64,000 nt of DNA from Cyclobacteriaceae bacterium. Lineage in GTDB: Bacteria > Bacteroidota > Bacteroidia > Cytophagales > Cyclobacteriaceae. Positions 7,039-16,547 of this stretch are shown here, piece after piece. The stretch is taken from NCBI GenBank assembly GCA_013141055.1, contig JABFRS010000001.1, forward strand, positions 2,967,319 through 3,031,318, read 5' to 3'. A program made the position numbers and the translations under genes. The notes below the pieces were generated by a model that was given only the letters and a program-made list of their open reading frames with translations, was not told the origin of the DNA and did no database searches. Position 1 is the first letter of the stretch. Each line of letters begins with the position of its first letter.

Positions 7039-9207
7039 ATGAAAAAACTTTTCATATTAATATTTTTTACTGCCTTCGCTTTTCAGGTATTCTCACAGGA
7101 TTCTCTTGTTACCAAAAAACTGGATCCTGTAGTAATCAAAGGAAAGATATGGTCGGATATCATGCGATTGCCGGCTGAACAAGGAACCAATATTTGGGCG
7201 GGGAAGAAAAGTGAAGTGATCAATCTTCAAAATATCAATGCCAATATTGCTGAAAAGACAGGGCGCCAGATCTTTGCAAAGATCCCGGGAGTGTTTGTTT
7301 ATGATATGGATGGAACGGGTAATCAAACCAACATTTCAACCAGAGGACTCGATCCTCACCGTGGATGGGAATATAATATCCGCAGAAATGGAACGATTAC
7401 AAATTCAGACATCTATGGTTATCCGGCAAGTCATTACAGCATGCCGATGGAAGCAATTGAACGAATAGAATTAGTTCGTGGCACTGGTTCACTTCAGTAT
7501 GGTGCACAGTTTGGCGGTATGCTGAACTATATAACTAAAGCTCCTGATACAACAAGGAGATTGGGTTTTGAAAGTGTTAATTCCGTCGGCTCCTTTGGTT
7601 TGATGAGCACATACAACGCCGTTAGTGGTAAGATCGGGAAATTTCAATACAGGGCTTATTACACGAAGCGTATCTCGAAGGGTTACCGCAATAATAGCGA
7701 TACTGACTATGATGCCCAATCTTTATTAGTAAGCTATTCACCTTCCAATAGATTAAAATTTACAATGGAGGTAGGTCGTTCAAACTATGTCTATCACATT
7801 CCAGGGCCACTAACCGATAGCATGTTTAATGCAAACCCAAAACAATCGATACGTTCAAGAAATTATTTTAATCCGGAGATCTATGTTCCTTCATTGAAAA
7901 TGGAGTGGAGTCCTTCTGCAGGAACGAAAGTTCTATTAACAACCTCAGCGGTGCTGGGATACCGCAACAGCGTACAGTTTGACAGACCTGCTGATATTGT
8001 AGATGCAATCAATCCCGCTACTCTGACATATGCAGCCAGACAGGTCGATATTGATAATTTTAATAGTTATACCTCCGAGTTGAGGATTTTACATTCTTAT
8101 TCTTTTATGAATGTAAATAATACCATTGCCGCCGGGGTTCAGTATGTAAATAATGATCTTCACCGTCAGCAGTTAGGTAAAGGAACTACCGGTACTGGTT
8201 TTGATTTAACGTTGACAGAGCCTGCCTTTGGCCGGGATATGCATTTAAAGTCAACGAACGTTGCTTTTTTTGCAGAGAATAAAATTCAGGTTTTGCCAAA
8301 CCTGGTATTGAATCCTGGTGTGAGACTGGAATCAGGAGAATCCGTATTTTCAGGTGTGATCAATTATTATGATCCGGGTCAAATCCCTAACACCATCAAG
8401 CATCAATTCCCGCTTTTTGGAATTAACTGTGAATATAACCTTAAGCAAATAGGTTCTTTTTATGCAGGATTTGCCCAAGCGTACCGTCCAGTGATTTTAA
8501 AGGAGATTATAGCTTCTTCTATTTACGAACGTGTTGATAAAAATTTGAAGGATGCTGCAGGATACAATCTTGAAGCGGGTTTTCGTGGGAATACCTCAAA
8601 CTTCAAATGGGATGTAGGAGTTTTCAGACTGGTATACAACAATCGTCTTGGAAGTCAGTCCGTGCTGGAAGATGGAGTATTCTATCTGTACCGTACTAAC
8701 ATTGGAAATTCAGTTACGGAGGGAGCAGAGATTTTTCTTGAGTATGGAGTGGATTTTGCAAAGGATGCGAAGATTTCATTCTTTACGTCTACTGCATTGT
8801 TTAACGGACGATATACAGATGCTCAGATTAAAGTAGGAGACACAAATGTTTCTGTTAATGGAAATAAACTTGAAAGTGTTCCTGACATTATTACACGTAA
8901 CGGTGTTACTATCCGTAGGTCAGGAGCAAGCGTTTCATTTCTCTACAGTTACACTGGTGAGACCTTTGCGGATGCCCTGAATACACGGAAGCCATCAGCA
9001 AATGGTTCTGTTGGTTTAGTGCCATCCTACGGTATACTGGATATAAATTCTTCATTCAGGGTTTCAAGTCAGCTCATGTTCAGAATCAACGTGAACAATG
9101 TGCTGGATCAGCAGTACTTTACAAAGAGACCAACATTTTACCCAGGTCCTGGAGTCTGGTCTTCTGATGGAAGATCGATCAGCTTTACAGTAGGGTTTAC
9201 ACTTTAA
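7039..9207 (+). CDS. TonB-dependent receptor (FecA-like)
   Basis: 722 aa, signal peptide, plug motifs ISTRGLDP and IERIELVRGTGSLQYG, C-terminal NVNNVLDQQY...GRSISFTVGFTL. Confidence 0.92.
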   Translation: MKKLFILIFFTAFAFQVFSQDSLVTKKLDPVVIKGKIWSDIMRLPAEQGTNIWAGKKSEVINLQNINANIAEKTGRQIFAKIPGVFVYDMDGTGNQTNISTRGLDPHRGWEYNIRRNGTITNSDIYGYPASHYSMPMEAIERIELVRGTGSLQYGAQFGGMLNYITKAPDTTRRLGFESVNSVGSFGLMSTYNAVSGKIGKFQYRAYYTKRISKGYRNNSDTDYDAQSLLVSYSPSNRLKFTMEVGRSNYVYHIPGPLTDSMFNANPKQSIRSRNYFNPEIYVPSLKMEWSPSAGTKVLLTTSAVLGYRNSVQFDRPADIVDAINPATLTYAARQVDIDNFNSYTSELRILHSYSFMNVNNTIAAGVQYVNNDLHRQQLGKGTTGTGFDLTLTEPAFGRDMHLKSTNVAFFAENKIQVLPNLVLNPGVRLESGESVFSGVINYYDPGQIPNTIKHQFPLFGINCEYNLKQIGSFYAGFAQAYRPVILKEIIASSIYERVDKNLKDAAGYNLEAGFRGNTSNFKWDVGVFRLVYNNRLGSQSVLEDGVFYLYRTNIGNSVTEGAEIFLEYGVDFAKDAKISFFTSTALFNGRYTDAQIKVGDTNVSVNGNKLESVPDIITRNGVTIRRSGASVSFLYSYTGETFADALNTRKPSANGSVGLVPSYGILDINSSFRVSSQLMFRINVNNVLDQQYFTKRPTFYPGPGVWSSDGRSISFTVGFTL

Positions 9208-9218
9208 AATTCAATTGT

Positions 9219-9250
9219 TATGGGGGGAGCGCTGCAACGCTTCTCCTATA
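9219..9250. terminator. Stem-loop between convergent genes (probable terminator)
   Basis: TATGGGGGGAGCG-CTGCAA-CGCTTCTCCTATA, 13-bp stem with three G-U pairs on the plus strand. Confidence 0.6.
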
Positions 9251-9302
9251 ATAATTCTTAAAAAAGATAGCTAATAAACAATTGTGGACCGGATATCCAT
9301 TG

Positions 9303-10040
9303 CTATGAATGTTGAGTGATTACCTCACTCATTTGATTGATTACTTTTTCTTTTAAAGCCTGGACATCTGAAAGCAGTAATCCTTCTGTTGAGATTTCTG
9401 GTAATATAAATATCTTGATCTTTCCAGGCTTGATCGTGAATTCCTTGGGTGGCATCAGTTTCCCCGCGTTGAGAATGATCATTGGCAGCAGTGGTTGCTG
9501 AGTTTCAATAGCAATGCGGAACGCGCCGTCATAGAATGGCTTCAATGGTTCTGGTCCGCGATTTTGAGTTCCTTCCGGAAAAATCAAAATCGATATTCCT
9601 CTTTTCAGAACATCCTTCAGGTGATCCATGCTCTTTCTGCGACTTTCATTGCTGGATCTGTCTACGATAATGGTGGCGTTCTTTGCAATCCATCCAAATA
9701 CCGGAATCTTCTTTAGTTCTTTTTTTGCAAGAGGCCGTATCTGGGTCGGCACCGTGAGACAAACTCCCGGGATATCCAGAGAGGAGGTATGATTGCTTAC
9801 ATAGACATACGACTTACCAGGATGGATATTTTCTTTCCCTTTAATTTCATATGGAATAAAATTCAACTTGCTGAAAGTCCACGACCATAACTTTAGGAAT
9901 TGATAGCTGATCGTTCCATATCGTTCGCCAAAAAGAAAGGGAAGGAGAATCCCCGGAAGATAGAGGATCATGAAAAAGGTGAAAACGAATACCACCCATG
10001 CGATGTACAACTTTTCAAATATGATACGAATGAATCCCAA
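9303..10040 (-). CDS. 1-acyl-sn-glycerol-3-phosphate acyltransferase family (PlsC-like)
   Basis: NHTSSLD (HX4D), FPEGT and FYDGAFRIA motifs. Confidence 0.9.
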   Translation of the reverse strand: MGFIRIIFEKLYIAWVVFVFTFFMILYLPGILLPFLFGERYGTISYQFLKLWSWTFSKLNFIPYEIKGKENIHPGKSYVYVSNHTSSLDIPGVCLTVPTQIRPLAKKELKKIPVFGWIAKNATIIVDRSSNESRRKSMDHLKDVLKRGISILIFPEGTQNRGPEPLKPFYDGAFRIAIETQQPLLPMIILNAGKLMPPKEFTIKPGKIKIFILPEISTEGLLLSDVQALKEKVINQMSEVITQHS

Positions 10041-10134
10041 GCAGTCTGAATTTACCGCAAGATCGGGAAAAAACGTTAATTGATTACCGGTTAAATGTTA
10101 AACGGTTGTTGCTGTTTGGAAACTTTCGGATAGA

Positions 10135-10746
10135 TTATTTAAGATATTTCCAATGCCTGATTTTTCCTTCTGCCATCCATTCAATCGCTGTATTCAATCT
10201 CTTTTCACGGGTGGCATCTGTTTTAGCTTCCGTGATCCACTCTATATATTCTTTCCTGTTGGTATAATTAAAGGATTCAAAAGTTTTTCGGGCCTCACTA
10301 TTTTTAAGAAGCTCTGACTTCAGATCTGTCGGTACTTTAAGCGCTTGCTTAATCTGAGGTGTTGGTTTCTTTACCACCTTGATATCTTCGTCATTAAGTC
10401 TCATCGCTTCCTCAATGTATTTTTTGAGGATACTATCAGATGGAAGATCTTTCAAAGTCTTCAGTTGTCCGAAATGCCCCATGGCTGTTTTATTGCCAAC
10501 AGACAGAAGCTTATCATAATCTTCCATAAGACGAGCTTTCCAGAATCCAAAGGCACAATGCTGATTGAAAGCCGCCATGGAGCAAAGCATTCCCTTGTAT
10601 TGAAAGTGAGGACTGCTCCATTTCATGGTTTCCTCTACCTCCGGGCAGCATGCATGCACAACTTTTCTCAAGTGATTAAGAATAGGTTTTGCGAAAGCTG
10701 CCGACTTTTCAATGTAGGCGTCAAAACGTTTGTCTTTCTTACCCAT
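10135..10746 (-). CDS. YdeI/OmpD-associated family protein (DUF1801 plus OmdA-like C-terminus)
   Basis: EETMKWSSPHF, FKQH-like AFNQHCAFGFW, RKEYIEWITEAKTDATREKR. Start trimmed to ATG 10746 (MGKKDKRFDAY) because the longer ORF overlaps the upstream gene. Confidence 0.88.
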   Translation of the reverse strand: MGKKDKRFDAYIEKSAAFAKPILNHLRKVVHACCPEVEETMKWSSPHFQYKGMLCSMAAFNQHCAFGFWKARLMEDYDKLLSVGNKTAMGHFGQLKTLKDLPSDSILKKYIEEAMRLNDEDIKVVKKPTPQIKQALKVPTDLKSELLKNSEARKTFESFNYTNRKEYIEWITEAKTDATREKRLNTAIEWMAEGKIRHWKYLK

Positions 10747-10756
10747 AGCTGCTGAA

Positions 10757-11164
10757 TTATTTTTGTACAAGACTAAACCAGTTCCCGGAGTCGTCTTTAA
10801 ACAAAGCTTCAAGTCCGTAGAATTCCTCTTTTGGAGCTTTCTTAAATTCTATGCCTTTTGCCTTGAGCTCTTCATACGTTGCATAGATGTCCTTACATTG
10901 AAACACTCCGAAGCCAAAGGTTCCTTTGCTCACGAGATTTCTCATTTGTTCCGCAGTTTCTTTATTAAACATCATCCCCGCTTCAATGGCCATCAATGTA
11001 ATTTCGAGTTCAGGTTGCTCTGGTGGAGTAACCGTTAGCCACCGTGCACCCGGCCCCATAGGTGCATCTGTATGGACCTTAAAGCCTAGTTTATTAACAT
11101 AAAAATCATAGGCGCTGTCCTGATTGAGGACAAACACACTTACGTGCGATAATCTTGTTACCAT
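10757..11164 (-). CDS. VOC / glyoxalase-like protein
   Basis: HVSVFVLNQDSAYDFYVNKLGF; C-terminal EALFKDDSGNWFSL. Confidence 0.9.
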   Translation of the reverse strand: MVTRLSHVSVFVLNQDSAYDFYVNKLGFKVHTDAPMGPGARWLTVTPPEQPELEITLMAIEAGMMFNKETAEQMRNLVSKGTFGFGVFQCKDIYATYEELKAKGIEFKKAPKEEFYGLEALFKDDSGNWFSLVQK

Positions 11165-11204
11165 AATCAGTGTTTGTTTTTCTGAACAAATATGAGAGAA
11201 TAGT

Positions 11205-11657
11205 TCAATTTATGACTTCTTGAAAATTGCTTTTTTTGGTCCAACCCTTCGCTTCCGCGAAACAATTAGGAACAAACTTGAGTGGAGCTTTCTGTACATC
11301 AGTCTTTATCTGAAGCTGACGTTGCTGATAAAGAGACGGTGTTATCCCCACAATTTTCTTAAATAATCCTGTAAAAGAACTTACGCTTTCAAATCCGACG
11401 GCATGGCAAACATCAATTGCCGACTTCCCTGATTGCAATAACAAGGATGCATGGTGAATCCGGACGGAAGTGAGGTAGTGATGAGGTGTTTTTCCGTAAG
11501 ATTTTTTAAACAGGCGTATAAAATGATATTTTGAGAAGAAGGCTTCATCAGCAATGTTATCCAGGTTAATGCTTTCTGCATAGTGACTATCGATGAATAG
11601 CTTAGCCTGAACAATGCGACGGTACAAGTAGATTTTTGGATAAGAAATGCCGTCCAT
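11205..11657 (-). CDS. AraC-family transcriptional regulator (DNA-binding domain only)
   Basis: 150 aa; IADEAFFSKYHFIRLFKKSYGKTP and VCHAVGFESVSSFTGLFKKIVGITP helix-turn-helix motifs. Confidence 0.92.
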   Translation of the reverse strand: MDGISYPKIYLYRRIVQAKLFIDSHYAESINLDNIADEAFFSKYHFIRLFKKSYGKTPHHYLTSVRIHHASLLLQSGKSAIDVCHAVGFESVSSFTGLFKKIVGITPSLYQQRQLQIKTDVQKAPLKFVPNCFAEAKGWTKKSNFQEVIN

Positions 11658-11753
11658 ATTGAATTGATGATCAGGAAAGATATTCTGATTGCAGGCATTT
11701 TAAAATCAAAGGCAATAAATTTTTTACTGAGGAGTAGTGATGCGAATTGTAAT

Positions 11754-11761
11754 TATCTTTG
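11754..11761 (+). promoter_or_regulatory. Bacteroidota -7 promoter box
   Basis: TATCTTTG matches TAnnTTTG exactly and ends 3 nt before ATG 11765. Confidence 0.6.
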
Positions 11762-11764
11762 AGA

Positions 11765-13318
11765 ATGCCATCCAGAATCCTTTATCTCATCCTCTTTTCA
11801 GCGATTTTGCGAATAGTTGTTGGGGCATCCCTTGAACTCAGCAACGATGAGGTTTATTACTTTCTATATGCTCTGGATCTTCAGCCAAATTACTTTGATC
11901 ACCCACCCGGCGTCGGAATTCTGATTCGATTTTTTACGGGCAACTTATTATTTACCAGTGAATTATTTGTCAGGCTCGGAGCCATAGTGGGCGCAGCACT
12001 TGGTACTTACATTTCTTTCAAATTAGGAAGTCTTCTTAAGAATGAGAGAACAGGTTGGTTCGCTGCTATTCTGTACAACACCAGCATCTATACATCTGTT
12101 ATTGCAGGAACCTTCATCATTCCCGACAGCCCTCAGGTGATTTTCTGGCTCGCATCATTATGGATAGGATATCAGATCATTTTGAATGCTCATCAGCAGC
12201 AATCATCATCATTTATCCATTGGATATTATTTGGCCTCCTGTCAGGTTTAGCTATTCTTTGCAAAGTTCATGGCGTCTTTATCTGGTTTGGATTTGGAAT
12301 GTATATTCTGCTTTATAAAAGAAGTCTTCTTGCAAAGCCAGGACTCTATGCAGCGGCTCTCATTACAGCATTGGTTGTTAGCCCCATTCTCATCTGGAAT
12401 ATTCAAAACGATTTCATCACTTATAAATTTCATAGTGAACGTGTAGCAGTACGGGAGTCGCTTATTCATCTCGACTATTTTATTCAAACGGTCGGAGGTC
12501 AGATTCTGTATAATAATCCTGTCAATGTTGTTCTTATTTTTATCGGTTTGTGGAAAGTAAGAAGTCTTAAATTCATGGATAGTATTGCATTGCGATTTGT
12601 CTTATGGAACGGCCTTCCAATGATATTAGTTGTCACGGGAATGTCGTTGTTCAATTCCATTCTTCCACATTGGAGTGGCCCGGGATTTATGGTAATGGCC
12701 TTGCTTGCTGCTGCCTATCTCGACGAAAAATCCAAAGGCAGCTCATATTCACTTCCGTTAATTTTGAAATCAAGTGCTTATCTCATCGTCACCGCATTTG
12801 TCGCGGCTGCCATCCTGATAAATTTCTATCCAGGCACTTTGGGATATCGGGATAAGCCGAGATACGGTGAGGGTGACTTCACATTGGATATGTATGGTTG
12901 GAAACAGTTTGCTGATCAATTCAGTCCCTGGCTTGTCTCACAGAAAAAGTCAGGAAATCTGGATAATAATATTAAGATTGTTTCTCATAAATGGTTTCCT
13001 GCTGCGCACCTTGATTATTATGTGGCACTTCCCCATAACATCTCCCTGGTAGGGGTTGGTAGGGTAACGGACCTTCATCAGTATTTCTGGTTGAACAATG
13101 ATCGTCCTACTCTTATGAAAGGAGAGGATGCCTTGTGTGTTGTCCCGAGCAACTATTCTATCAATCTCGATGAAGCTTTTCTTCCATATTTCTCCTCCCT
13201 GGAGCTACTGGAAACTTTTGAAAACTCCAGAAGCGGAGAAGTTGTGAGATATTTTTCGGTTTACAAACTGAAGGATTATCAGATGACGGATGAAATGCAT
13301 GCTGCGAAGGGGAAATGA
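11765..13318 (+). CDS. GT-C glycosyltransferase, family 39 / ArnT-like
   Basis: LSNDEVYY, YFDHPPG, PDSP, LCKVHG, PILIWNIQND motifs; about 11 TM helices and a periplasmic C-terminus. ATG 11765 preferred over TTG 11759. Confidence 0.85.
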   Translation: MPSRILYLILFSAILRIVVGASLELSNDEVYYFLYALDLQPNYFDHPPGVGILIRFFTGNLLFTSELFVRLGAIVGAALGTYISFKLGSLLKNERTGWFAAILYNTSIYTSVIAGTFIIPDSPQVIFWLASLWIGYQIILNAHQQQSSSFIHWILFGLLSGLAILCKVHGVFIWFGFGMYILLYKRSLLAKPGLYAAALITALVVSPILIWNIQNDFITYKFHSERVAVRESLIHLDYFIQTVGGQILYNNPVNVVLIFIGLWKVRSLKFMDSIALRFVLWNGLPMILVVTGMSLFNSILPHWSGPGFMVMALLAAAYLDEKSKGSSYSLPLILKSSAYLIVTAFVAAAILINFYPGTLGYRDKPRYGEGDFTLDMYGWKQFADQFSPWLVSQKKSGNLDNNIKIVSHKWFPAAHLDYYVALPHNISLVGVGRVTDLHQYFWLNNDRPTLMKGEDALCVVPSNYSINLDEAFLPYFSSLELLETFENSRSGEVVRYFSVYKLKDYQMTDEMHAAKGK

Positions 13319-13379
13319 TGTGGTTGAAACTTCTTTCACCGTAAAATCTAAATACCCCACTATCATCGTATATCATTTG

Positions 13380-14360
13380 ATGATCTGTCGAGTTCTGTTG
13401 ATCCTGCTTATTTTGCCTTCCGCGTCTCTTTTGAGCTATGGACAGGCTGTAGAAAACATGTCAAGTTTTCGAATGATTGATTCAAAAAGATATATCAGAT
13501 TTAACTACGAGAACGACTACTTCACCGCTACTGATTACTATTTCACACAAGGGATGAATCTTGAAGTGGTGGCTCCATCTTATAGTAAGTTTCCTATCAG
13601 TAAGGCATTATTTACACCCCGAAGCTCTGGTAGTCAGTATGGGATTTCGATTGAGCATAACGGCTATACTCCAACGAGTATTGAAAGTAATACCATTTTA
13701 TATGGAGACCGGCCGTTTGCCGCAGCCTTGATGTTGAAGACATTCGCCTTAAGTGTGGATTCAGTTCGTCACATTCGTACAACATCTTCATTAACATTAG
13801 GCGTCATTGGGCCAGCTGCTGGTGGATATGAAATGCAAAAAGCCATTCACTCATGGATAAAAGGTCAGGAGCCTTTTGGCTGGCAGTACCAAATTCAGAA
13901 TGATGTAGTTGTTAATTATGAAGTTGGCCTGGAGAAGAATATTCTTTCATCAGGAAATAATTTTATTGTCAATGGTTTTGCGAGTGCAAGAGTAGGTACT
14001 CTTAATACAAAGATCTCAACCGGTGCTGTTGTGATGCTGGGTCGACTCAATGGGGCAATTGCTTCCGTTTTTTCCCGTGAAAAAGCATCGTCAGGAAAGT
14101 TGAAATTTCATTTATACGTACAACCAGTTGTGAATGTGGTCGCCTATGACGCAACGCTTCAGGGAGGGTTATTTAATAGCTCAAGCCCCTATACGATTTC
14201 TTCTGGTGATGTCTCTCATGTTACATTTCAGGCTAATTATGGAGGAGTGCTCAGCTTTGGGTCTATTCATCTTGACTATTTCAAAACCATTATCAGTAAG
14301 GAATTTGAATCAGGGATGTATCACCGATGGGGTGGGATCCGTGTGGGTGTGAATTTGTGA
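13380..14360 (+). CDS. Lipid A deacylase LpxR family outer-membrane protein (copy 1)
   Basis: YENDYFTATDYYFTQG, GDRPFAA, GWQYQIQND motifs; C-terminal beta signal WGGIRVGVNL. Start trimmed to ATG 13380, which gives a signal peptide. Confidence 0.8.
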   Translation: MICRVLLILLILPSASLLSYGQAVENMSSFRMIDSKRYIRFNYENDYFTATDYYFTQGMNLEVVAPSYSKFPISKALFTPRSSGSQYGISIEHNGYTPTSIESNTILYGDRPFAAALMLKTFALSVDSVRHIRTTSSLTLGVIGPAAGGYEMQKAIHSWIKGQEPFGWQYQIQNDVVVNYEVGLEKNILSSGNNFIVNGFASARVGTLNTKISTGAVVMLGRLNGAIASVFSREKASSGKLKFHLYVQPVVNVVAYDATLQGGLFNSSSPYTISSGDVSHVTFQANYGGVLSFGSIHLDYFKTIISKEFESGMYHRWGGIRVGVNL

Positions 14361-14451
14361 TAAAATTCCATAAATAATTTCAGGGATCACGGATTTTCAG
14401 CCCCGTGGAACGAAAATTGAATAGGGAGAGCATCCTAAAACGGATTTTGAT

Positions 14452-15462
14452 ATGCTTTCCTCTCAAACCAGCAGCCGGCTTAAATTCTCTTTTCTCATTT
14501 CTTTTTTCTGGATCATTGCCAATCTCTCTTCCGGGCAGACAATTGACAACATGGCGAGTTTCCGCATGGTGGATGGTAATCGCTACATAAGACTCAATGT
14601 TGACAATGATTACTTCACTGCCACTGACGACTATTATACTGCGGGAATTAATCTTGAGATGGTTCACCCGCTTTTCAGGAAATTTCCTCTCACCAAAATA
14701 CTGGTGGCGCCACAGCGATATAAGACCCGATCAGGCATCTCACTTGAGCAGAATGGATATACTCCAAAAAGTATTGAGCATGATGATATTTTATACGGAG
14801 ATCGTCCCTTTGCTGCCACGCTGCAGCTCAAGACATTTTCTATGAGTGTGGATTCCATGCGGCATCAGAGAATTACTTCTTCTCTTTCTCTTGGGATCAT
14901 TGGCCAGGGTGCCGGAGGTTACGGTGTGCAGAAGGCCCTTCATGAATTGATTCATTATACGATCCCACGAGGATGGCAAAATCAGATTCACAACGACATT
15001 ATAATAAACTATGAGTTCGCCTTTGAAAAGAATCTTGTTCATCTCAACAATAAATTTTTAATCAATGGTATGATGCAGGCGAGAGCAGGAACCTTAAACA
15101 CGCGACTCTCTTCTGGATTTGTTATGATGATTGGAAAATTAAATCCCAGTATCACGCGGGCATTTTCTGAAAGTGGAATATCTGCCATCCCGACAAAGAA
15201 GTTCAGATTTCATGTCTATCTGCAGCCTTTGATGAACATCGTTGGATATGATGCGACCTTGCAAGGTGGTTTTTTCAATAGAGACAGTCCTTATACCATA
15301 TCACAAAATGATCTTACCCGTATAACATTTCAGGCTAATTACGGGTTTGTTCTCTCTTTCAAGTCCATCTATCTCGAGTATTTCAAGTCCATCATCAGCA
15401 AGGAATTTGTTGAAGGAGATTTTCACAGATGGGGTGGAGTAAGGATCGGAGTGAAGTGGTAG
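14452..15462 (+). CDS. Lipid A deacylase LpxR family outer-membrane protein (copy 2)
   Basis: VDNDYFTATDDYYTAG, GDRPFAA, GWQNQIHND; ends WGGVRIGVKW; colinear with copy 1. Confidence 0.8.
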   Translation: MLSSQTSSRLKFSFLISFFWIIANLSSGQTIDNMASFRMVDGNRYIRLNVDNDYFTATDDYYTAGINLEMVHPLFRKFPLTKILVAPQRYKTRSGISLEQNGYTPKSIEHDDILYGDRPFAATLQLKTFSMSVDSMRHQRITSSLSLGIIGQGAGGYGVQKALHELIHYTIPRGWQNQIHNDIIINYEFAFEKNLVHLNNKFLINGMMQARAGTLNTRLSSGFVMMIGKLNPSITRAFSESGISAIPTKKFRFHVYLQPLMNIVGYDATLQGGFFNRDSPYTISQNDLTRITFQANYGFVLSFKSIYLEYFKSIISKEFVEGDFHRWGGVRIGVKW

Positions 15463-15469
15463 TAAGAAT

Positions 15470-16480
15470 TTATTCTACCTCTTCGGACTTGTTAACGATA
15501 TTTCGAATAACGTGATCCAGCTCATTGGCTGAAGCCAGGAGATAGCTCATCAGTTCACTTTTGTTTTGCTGATCCTCCGGATGCTGAAGGATATTAATAA
15601 GTCCCAGGATTCTGGCAAGCGGACCCCGGACCCCATGGGACTGAAGCCAGGCGATGTCTCTCAATTTGGTATTCTGTTCTTTGATGGCCTGTTCCGCTAA
15701 TTTTTTTTCAGTAACATCCTGAACAAGCGACATGATGGTTATAACTTCTCCATTTCGGTTTTTGAGAACAGAATTATGCCATTCGCACCAGATAACCCTG
15801 CCATCTTTGGTAATGTTCCTTTGTTGGGTAGAATTCCTTTCGATTGCTCCGCTGATCAGCTCGTCCGCAATTTTTCTAACCATCTCTCTGTCCTCTTCAT
15901 GCACCTGACTTAATTCATTGATCTCTCCTTTCAGCCATTCTTTAGGTTTCCATCCAAAGATCTCTTCTGCTCTTTTGGAGAGCAATTGTATGTGGAGATT
16001 AGTATCCCACTCAATAAACCCGAGGGGTGTATTTTCAATATGAAACAGAAGTCTCTCATGCGCTACAATCAACTCTTTTTCCGTGTCATGAAGAGAGCTT
16101 TGAATTAACTTCTTATCGATCGCCTGAATGATTGCCGTTGGCAGACGTTTCAGATTATTTTTTAATACATAATCATCAGCACCTGCCTTGATGATGGAAG
16201 CTGCAAACTCTTCCGAAACGGCACCTGTCACAAGAATGAATGGAGTAAGGGGAGACGTCTGCTTGCAAATTGAAAGCGCTTCCATTGAATTGAATTGTGG
16301 AAGCTGATGATCGCTAAGGATCAGATCCGGCAGAAAAGATTGAAGAGCGTCAATAAAGTCGTTGCGGGTGAAAACGATTTTTGTGTCAAGGATAAGGCCA
16401 GCGCGATGGAGTGTTTTGAGGATAAAGCCAGCATCTTCCTCGCTATCTTCCAGCATGATCACTTTAATCCTCTTTTCCAT
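15470..16480 (-). CDS. Response regulator receiver + PAS + HisKA-like helix, lacking an ATPase domain
   Basis: REC domain (LEDSEED, LILSDHQLP, ADDYVLK), PAS (EWDTNL...N..AEEIFGW), H-box QSHGVRGP near the C-terminus. Confidence 0.85.
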   Translation of the reverse strand: MEKRIKVIMLEDSEEDAGFILKTLHRAGLILDTKIVFTRNDFIDALQSFLPDLILSDHQLPQFNSMEALSICKQTSPLTPFILVTGAVSEEFAASIIKAGADDYVLKNNLKRLPTAIIQAIDKKLIQSSLHDTEKELIVAHERLLFHIENTPLGFIEWDTNLHIQLLSKRAEEIFGWKPKEWLKGEINELSQVHEEDREMVRKIADELISGAIERNSTQQRNITKDGRVIWCEWHNSVLKNRNGEVITIMSLVQDVTEKKLAEQAIKEQNTKLRDIAWLQSHGVRGPLARILGLINILQHPEDQQNKSELMSYLLASANELDHVIRNIVNKSEEVE

Positions 16481-16547
16481 GGTAGATAGAAGTTAATTAA
16501 TAATAATTAATTCTCTTACCTAAGGAAAGGTGAAGTTGGTTTGGCTC

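Noticed and set aside
13290-13379. N-terminal extensions in the ORF track (also 4365, 10812, 23908, 44818, 51356, 54887, 62653)
   Set aside because: They overlap upstream genes or promoter regions; the downstream ATG gives a proper signal peptide or the family-typical N-terminus.
15470-16480. Pseudogene (truncated hybrid kinase)
   Set aside because: No frameshifted HATPase remnant follows the stop, and the H-box helix pair is complete, so it is kept as an intact CDS.
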